Positions 27,601-29,211 of a stretch of 29,211 bases of DNA are shown here, piece after piece (the stretch's first letter is position 1; every line of letters starts with the position of its first letter). Under the pieces are notes generated by a model. That model ran no database searches, had not been told where the DNA came from, and worked only from the letters and a program-made list of their open reading frames with translations. A program made the position numbers and the translations under genes. The stretch is from a virus (taxonomy: Duplodnaviria > Caudoviricetes), in the IMG/VR virus record IMGVR_UViG_3300032247_000926, positions 1 to 29,211 of that record. One strand, 5' to 3'.

Positions 27601-29211
27601 CAGCTGTCAACATTGACACCTCTGCATTGACCTTGAGTGTGGGCGCACCACAAGGTAATCTATATCGCCCAAATACATTTGATGAAGGTACTACATATTT
27701 TGATGCTAGTACCACAACTTTCAACGGGCCTTTATATCAAAGCGGTGTGGTATACACATACGATTATCTACGCAGCATTGGTGACTCAGTCAGCAACCCA
27801 GGAAAGTTTGTGTTTGGCCAACAGATATATGATCAACGAGTACAAGAACTAGACCAGTTTGGTACAGCTATCAGTTATGTCAATGGGGTGTTGCTGGTCG
27901 GTAGTCCGGGCAGTGACTTAGATGACAGTACTCAGAGTGAATTAAATTACGGACGGGTTGCAGTATTCAACAATGCTTCTCTTACTCCGGCCTGGGCTGT
28001 GATACATGAGCAATTACCGGTAGTGGATATCAAGTTGATCAATTCTGTTTACAGCTACAGCGTGATGACCGGTGCAAAGACCACATTCTTTGATTTCTTT
28101 GATCCATTGCAAGGCAAGATATTGGGTGCCGCAGCAGAAAACATAAACTATATCGGTGCAGTAGATCCAGCTGCGTATAACGTGGGTACTGTGAATAATT
28201 ATGGAAGAATCTGGGCAGCAGCACATGTGGGAGAAGTTTGGTGGGATACTAGCACAGTGAGATTCGTTGACCCCAACCAAGACAATATTACCTATGCTGC
28301 ACGTCGTTGGGGACAAGTATTCCCAGGATCGGTGGTAACCATATGCCAATGGGTGAGTAGTGATGTTCCTCCGGCCAATTATACCGGTCCAGGAACTCCA
28401 CTGAATGTGACCAGTTACAATGTAACCAATGGGTTGAATACTGATAATATTTTTACGTCCACTTATTATTTCTGGGTGCAAGGTATTACCACTATCAATA
28501 CCGCAGCTGGAAAAACACTCAGTACCACAGGTATCGCAAGATACATCGAAGATCCACGTAGTTCAGGTATTCCTTACGTGGCATTCCTTAGTGCCAGTGC
28601 TACAGGCATTTATAATGCTGAAAATGATATTTCTGCACAAGATACTATATTGAGTATTGAATTTGACAGAGAATTGACCGATGCCAATGTTCACGTTCAA
28701 TACAGCTTGATTCCACAAGATCGTGCAGATGGATTCTTGCCTGATAACTTGTATCTCAAATTACAAGACAGCTTGTGTGGAGTAAATCTCACAGGTGCTC
28801 GGGTGCCGGACCCAAGTCTCAGCATAGCCAATCGATATGGTGTGCAGTTTAGACCACGTCAGAGCATGTTTGCCGATAGATTCTTGGCATTGAAGAACTA
28901 TCTAACCAGAGTCAACACAGTATTAGCACAGTATCCTATCACAGAGATACGCAGTTACCCATTACTATACAGCAGAGAACCGGAACCACCTGCTGGCACA
29001 GGAGCGTGGAACAAACGAGTAGCTAATCTTGAAGAACTCAGCTACCAAGATCTTGCACAGGTTCCTGTGGGATATCTATATCTAGTGGTCAGCGATTCTG
29101 CACAAAATGGTCTGTGGGCAATCTACAGCGTGACCACAGCGAAAACTTTTGCCACATTGGATCTAGTTCGAGTGCAGAACTATGACACTCGCAGATATTG
29201 GACACATGTTG
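18609..29211 (+). CDS. Giant multidomain baseplate/virion structural protein (gp7-position), at least 3534 aa, 3' end beyond window
   Basis: ATG at 18609 overlaps the gp6 stop (TAATG): [34 protein letters not shown]... The same frame reads [17 protein letters not shown] at the window end, spot translations in between are open, and the ORF track lists no terminated ORF in this frame. Contains FG-GAP repeats, Trp/Tyr CBM-like modules and beta-sandwich repeats. Confidence 0.9.
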   Translation, partial: MARTRTVDFLPPIFQTSTNKQFLAATLDQLVQEPEFKKTQGFVGRHVGPGVNPNDYYVIEPTPDRANYQLEPGVISMVPDTDTIEDAITYPGITDAIARQGGFTDNAARLYTSEYYSWDPFINFDKFSNYSQYYWLPAGPLSVDISATIIPLTDTFEVSRADNYYEFSGVLGENPVLTLIRGGTYKFDVNQPPNQFWIQMEPGVNGRLPYAPNISSRDVLGVTNNGEDSGTVTFSVPYKNAQQFYYDLELIPSIPTPGQVDLLTTTLQFDQVNNVFLSTFLEQYPNGIDGITNLQNRTIVFTNTITDPEDGGWLITTQFDPLLQIPSNNGFPGSYDYLTYDQTTPILDPNVRYSVWLIQYQYTNNGDPILKLTSVASCPTLSKFTVLFGDEWSTTQWYRNAEGYFQQIPLLTAVKDLLWYQDGTNPEIFGQIRLVDQTQSQTINVTREILGKKTYTSPNGVVFTNNLKITFQGDVVPSSYQGQTYYVAGVGTAIQLLPTSNYVTPETYTENATIPFSSLPFDVGNYDGSLNQPQQLDYITIALDSPDLNAWTRSNRWFHIDVISASAAYNNTKTVLDNAQRAKRPIIEFRGGTKLYNMGTEGKQPVNIIDLTQTDALSNVNGQTQYYIDGYELQQDSRVIFAKDTDAQVRNKIYVVKFINPATGPLPDSTLLAEPIIDLVPASDAESLVDQSVVCLSGNTLQGITFWYDGVQWIEAQEKTSINQTPMFDVYDLNGYSLGNRAVYPSSTFSTTKNNLGNSVGGSALFSYAVGTSGIIDTVLGFPLRYLSLNNVGDIVFDNNLYSDTFIYVKDNVSTTENISIGYVKQYANRTVYQKEIGWQPAAVKSQVYQQFSFTYTSVAITGSITGTTLTVTAGPADGTSLQIGQTLSGKDITPGTQITGLLTGTGGTGTYTVSVAQTTLTEIIKVTTPLILDVAVLPTGTVPSIKVYATSVSQNYSSLFQDSTTYTFTTTDHTTTIRFNPTTTIVSGDIVEVLALSDQVSAVGFYQVPVNLENNPLNGNSANFTLGTIRTHYDSIAQNLVNLTGAINGANNSRDLGNIVPYGLSILQQSSPMTLAGYFLRKPEYNIFASLEYNSREYEKFKAQFLNQAVTGDYANMTIPEILNAVFFELNIGRTSASPFYWSDMLPTGTVYTQLQTTVTPITDAVFDLTQVFNYTSANYQALLVYVNDRLLTRNVEYIVGTDSPIITILVPLAVGDVVTIQEYEATYGSYVPNTPTKLGLYPAYVPEIYLDTTYVDPVFVIRGHDGSITRAFSDFRDELLLEYETRIYNNLKLDGNPIPLTTAEVIPGEFRTTDYTMTEIQDILNQDFLTWVGWNKLDYKTQDYIQTNQFTWNYSTASNKLTDNEPLVIGAWRGIYNYFYDTIYPATRPWEMLGFSEMPIWWTDEYGPPPYTSGNLVLWGDLSAGLVRDPVAPYVRPEYIRKGLLDVIPVSSEGALLSPMQVMVGNFNSNNFRRSWVAGDDGPVENAWRTSSAYPFAIMRLLALTRPAEFFSLFADRDLYKFDTDYNQYLYNQRYRLDANGLEIYGNGTSKASYIDWIVDFNRQSGINSTDALTVDLKNLDVRLCYRMASFSAKNLLEIYTEKSSPNSQNSSLLIPDNSYNLLFYKNVPFAQLTYSSVIVQSTSTGWAVYGYSLNQQYFNILQSQINGNLATVSAGGSSVRVPVNYTNNVVQIPYGYVFTNQTLMVDFLLSYGKLLQNQGLVFDTLENGYILDWNQMASEFLYWSNQGWETGSIINLNPGATKLIVERAGAIVDSIAVQTIENMVLNADRTPFNARDLVIERLDNTFTISSLTNNTINFLNIKFTNYENMVVLDNTSIFADLIYNPITGARQSRIRLAGWTTTEWNGQLDAQGFILNQDNIKPWDPLKKYARGEIVEWKNTYYSAVDIVQPSAAFDINQWTVSDYTKIQQGLLPNLANKSDQLANTYNIYTANLELNQDLFGYALIGWKPRQYMVNLELDSTSQVSLYQQFLGTKGTVQAAELFSFADLGRGVAQYDIYENWAVLRGTYGANANRSFYELQLNEALLTANPSTIQVISTHESSLAEQTVLLNKLWKSSYKITSPNILTTVTIPVTDSALPSAGYVNFDDVDITVFDITEPASLNANIDSIDVGTVIWVAKINNYDWGIYRTNQIPGYLSSITTNLDGTGVFEFTKPHGITAGTLFIVRFFSDTVDGVYEVLTVPSATQLVASFNFTNANQITALGNGIGFVLQTQRVSQASDVITLPYANSLIPGNKVWVDNNGLDLWEVLEKQQVFTSALEIKANNPELNSKFGQAIGQANTNLYALVGSPAYDSDIGAIYTYIRSATNPFLESAIIELGAADTIGFGQAVSIGNETWQVIGAPSSYNNRGYAAVVYRIPGTVDFVISTLLTVPDPRDLQYPAEFGYSLAVSRDERWMYIGAPGINRVFAYGLVEVEPQSVTYTTNGKQNVFNYSDYIVIDDQEYQQITVVLNNQRLVYGVDYTQTGTSIVFSSAPNSQLTLKIARRTSQSYVGNGSNKTFSLNEYLYSAVNIYSFKVVLNGTLQRPNIDYTFNADDSTYGRDLIFQTAPGAGASINVSTTGYYTFVDTLEFNLNFTASISGTTMTVSSVPVGSPPLTKGMILSGFGIIPGLRITALLTGIGGTGTYQVSLNQSVPSTTITARLPDSARFGESVACTVDGRQVMIGTPNDYYDGTENAGAVYVYDRSVQNFVVTDVAQTSYTVDGGLLVAPTSVILNNQFLTNTQGNITGTFTVSGSTVTVSTELAVGDILQIQANTFNLLQIIGANSPTSDANFGSSVDICRYSCSLYTGAPQDSSVLAQAGSVQRNVNQSRVYGTITSTNANALLVPGETIRINDQEVAVSTPDSWTSISTYAKNDIVKHNQDIYIAIRAVPVGVVITDTTYWQTSGWPAVLAQDINNSGIANVVARVGASGTSSDGLLTISVKNIVAAEEGNRLTVLPGLIGTVFQSLVFDTFAYTQTITSPAPVLNAKFGSAVNIDTSALTLSVGAPQGNLYRPNTFDEGTTYFDASTTTFNGPLYQSGVVYTYDYLRSIGDSVSNPGKFVFGQQIYDQRVQELDQFGTAISYVNGVLLVGSPGSDLDDSTQSELNYGRVAVFNNASLTPAWAVIHEQLPVVDIKLINSVYSYSVMTGAKTTFFDFFDPLQGKILGAAAENINYIGAVDPAAYNVGTVNNYGRIWAAAHVGEVWWDTSTVRFVDPNQDNITYAARRWGQVFPGSVVTICQWVSSDVPPANYTGPGTPLNVTSYNVTNGLNTDNIFTSTYYFWVQGITTINTAAGKTLSTTGIARYIEDPRSSGIPYVAFLSASATGIYNAENDISAQDTILSIEFDRELTDANVHVQYSLIPQDRADGFLPDNLYLKLQDSLCGVNLTGARVPDPSLSIANRYGVQFRPRQSMFADRFLALKNYLTRVNTVLAQYPITEIRSYPLLYSREPEPPAGTGAWNKRVANLEELSYQDLAQVPVGYLYLVVSDSAQNGLWAIYSVTTAKTFATLDLVRVQNYDTRRYWTHV
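21189..21365 (+). repeat. Copy 1 of a duplicated 59-aa Gly/Thr-rich module in the giant ORF
   Basis: [13 protein letters not shown]...[38 protein letters not shown]; aligns without gaps to 26403-26579. Confidence 0.85.
25494..27969 (+). repeat. Seven FG-GAP (integrin alpha-like beta-propeller) repeats within the giant ORF
   Basis: FG..[VIL]...G[AST]P blades begin at 25494, 25656, 25830, 26625, 27000, 27594 and 27858. Confidence 0.85.
26403..26579 (+). repeat. Copy 2 of a duplicated 59-aa Gly/Thr-rich module in the giant ORF
   Basis: [13 protein letters not shown]...[38 protein letters not shown]; shares the 14-mer attactcacaggaa with copy 1 (21311 and 26525). Confidence 0.85.

Noticed and set aside
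18636-28481. Apparent gene-poor region with only short ORFs, suggesting recoding, pseudogenes or non-coding DNA
   Set aside because: Explained by one long unterminated plus-strand ORF from 18609; the listed short ORFs are alternative-frame or antisense shadows.
1-29211. Alternative genetic code (stop codon reassignment) as in some large phages
   Set aside because: TAA, TAG and TGA all terminate well-formed genes at expected ends, and conserved genes are full length in the standard code.
18609-29211. Diversity-generating retroelement target in the giant adhesin-like gene
   Set aside because: No near-identical template/variable repeat pair with adenine-specific mismatches was seen and no reverse transcriptase is in the window; the C-terminus lies outside the window.

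Overview
Fragment of a large T4-related (myovirus-type, probably jumbo) phage genome read in the standard code, made of two divergent blocks that meet at an intergenic region (6847-6954). Leftward (- strand): gp55-type late sigma factor, gp47/Mre11 nuclease, gp46/Rad50 ATPase, then an apparently AT-richer cassette of two radical SAM enzymes (one with a C-terminal and one with an N-terminal SPASM/twitch Cys cluster) plus a small unknown protein, then a GIY-YIG-like gene cut by the window edge. Rightward (+ strand): a contractile-tail baseplate module (gp48/tube-initiator-like, gp53-like, hub-like, gp5-like spike without lysozyme, an unknown protein with a possibly inactive lysozyme-like domain, gp25, long gp6) and a giant ORF of at least 3534 codons (18609 to beyond the window end) that the ORF track omits because it has no stop. 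Most notable: the radical SAM cassette coupled to the recombination operon, short peptide motifs repeated within and shared between the low-complexity arms of two baseplate proteins, a complete seven-blade FG-GAP propeller with inserted domains in the giant protein, and promoter placements suggesting leaderless transcripts. All assignments come from motif recognition and gene order; no database search was run.
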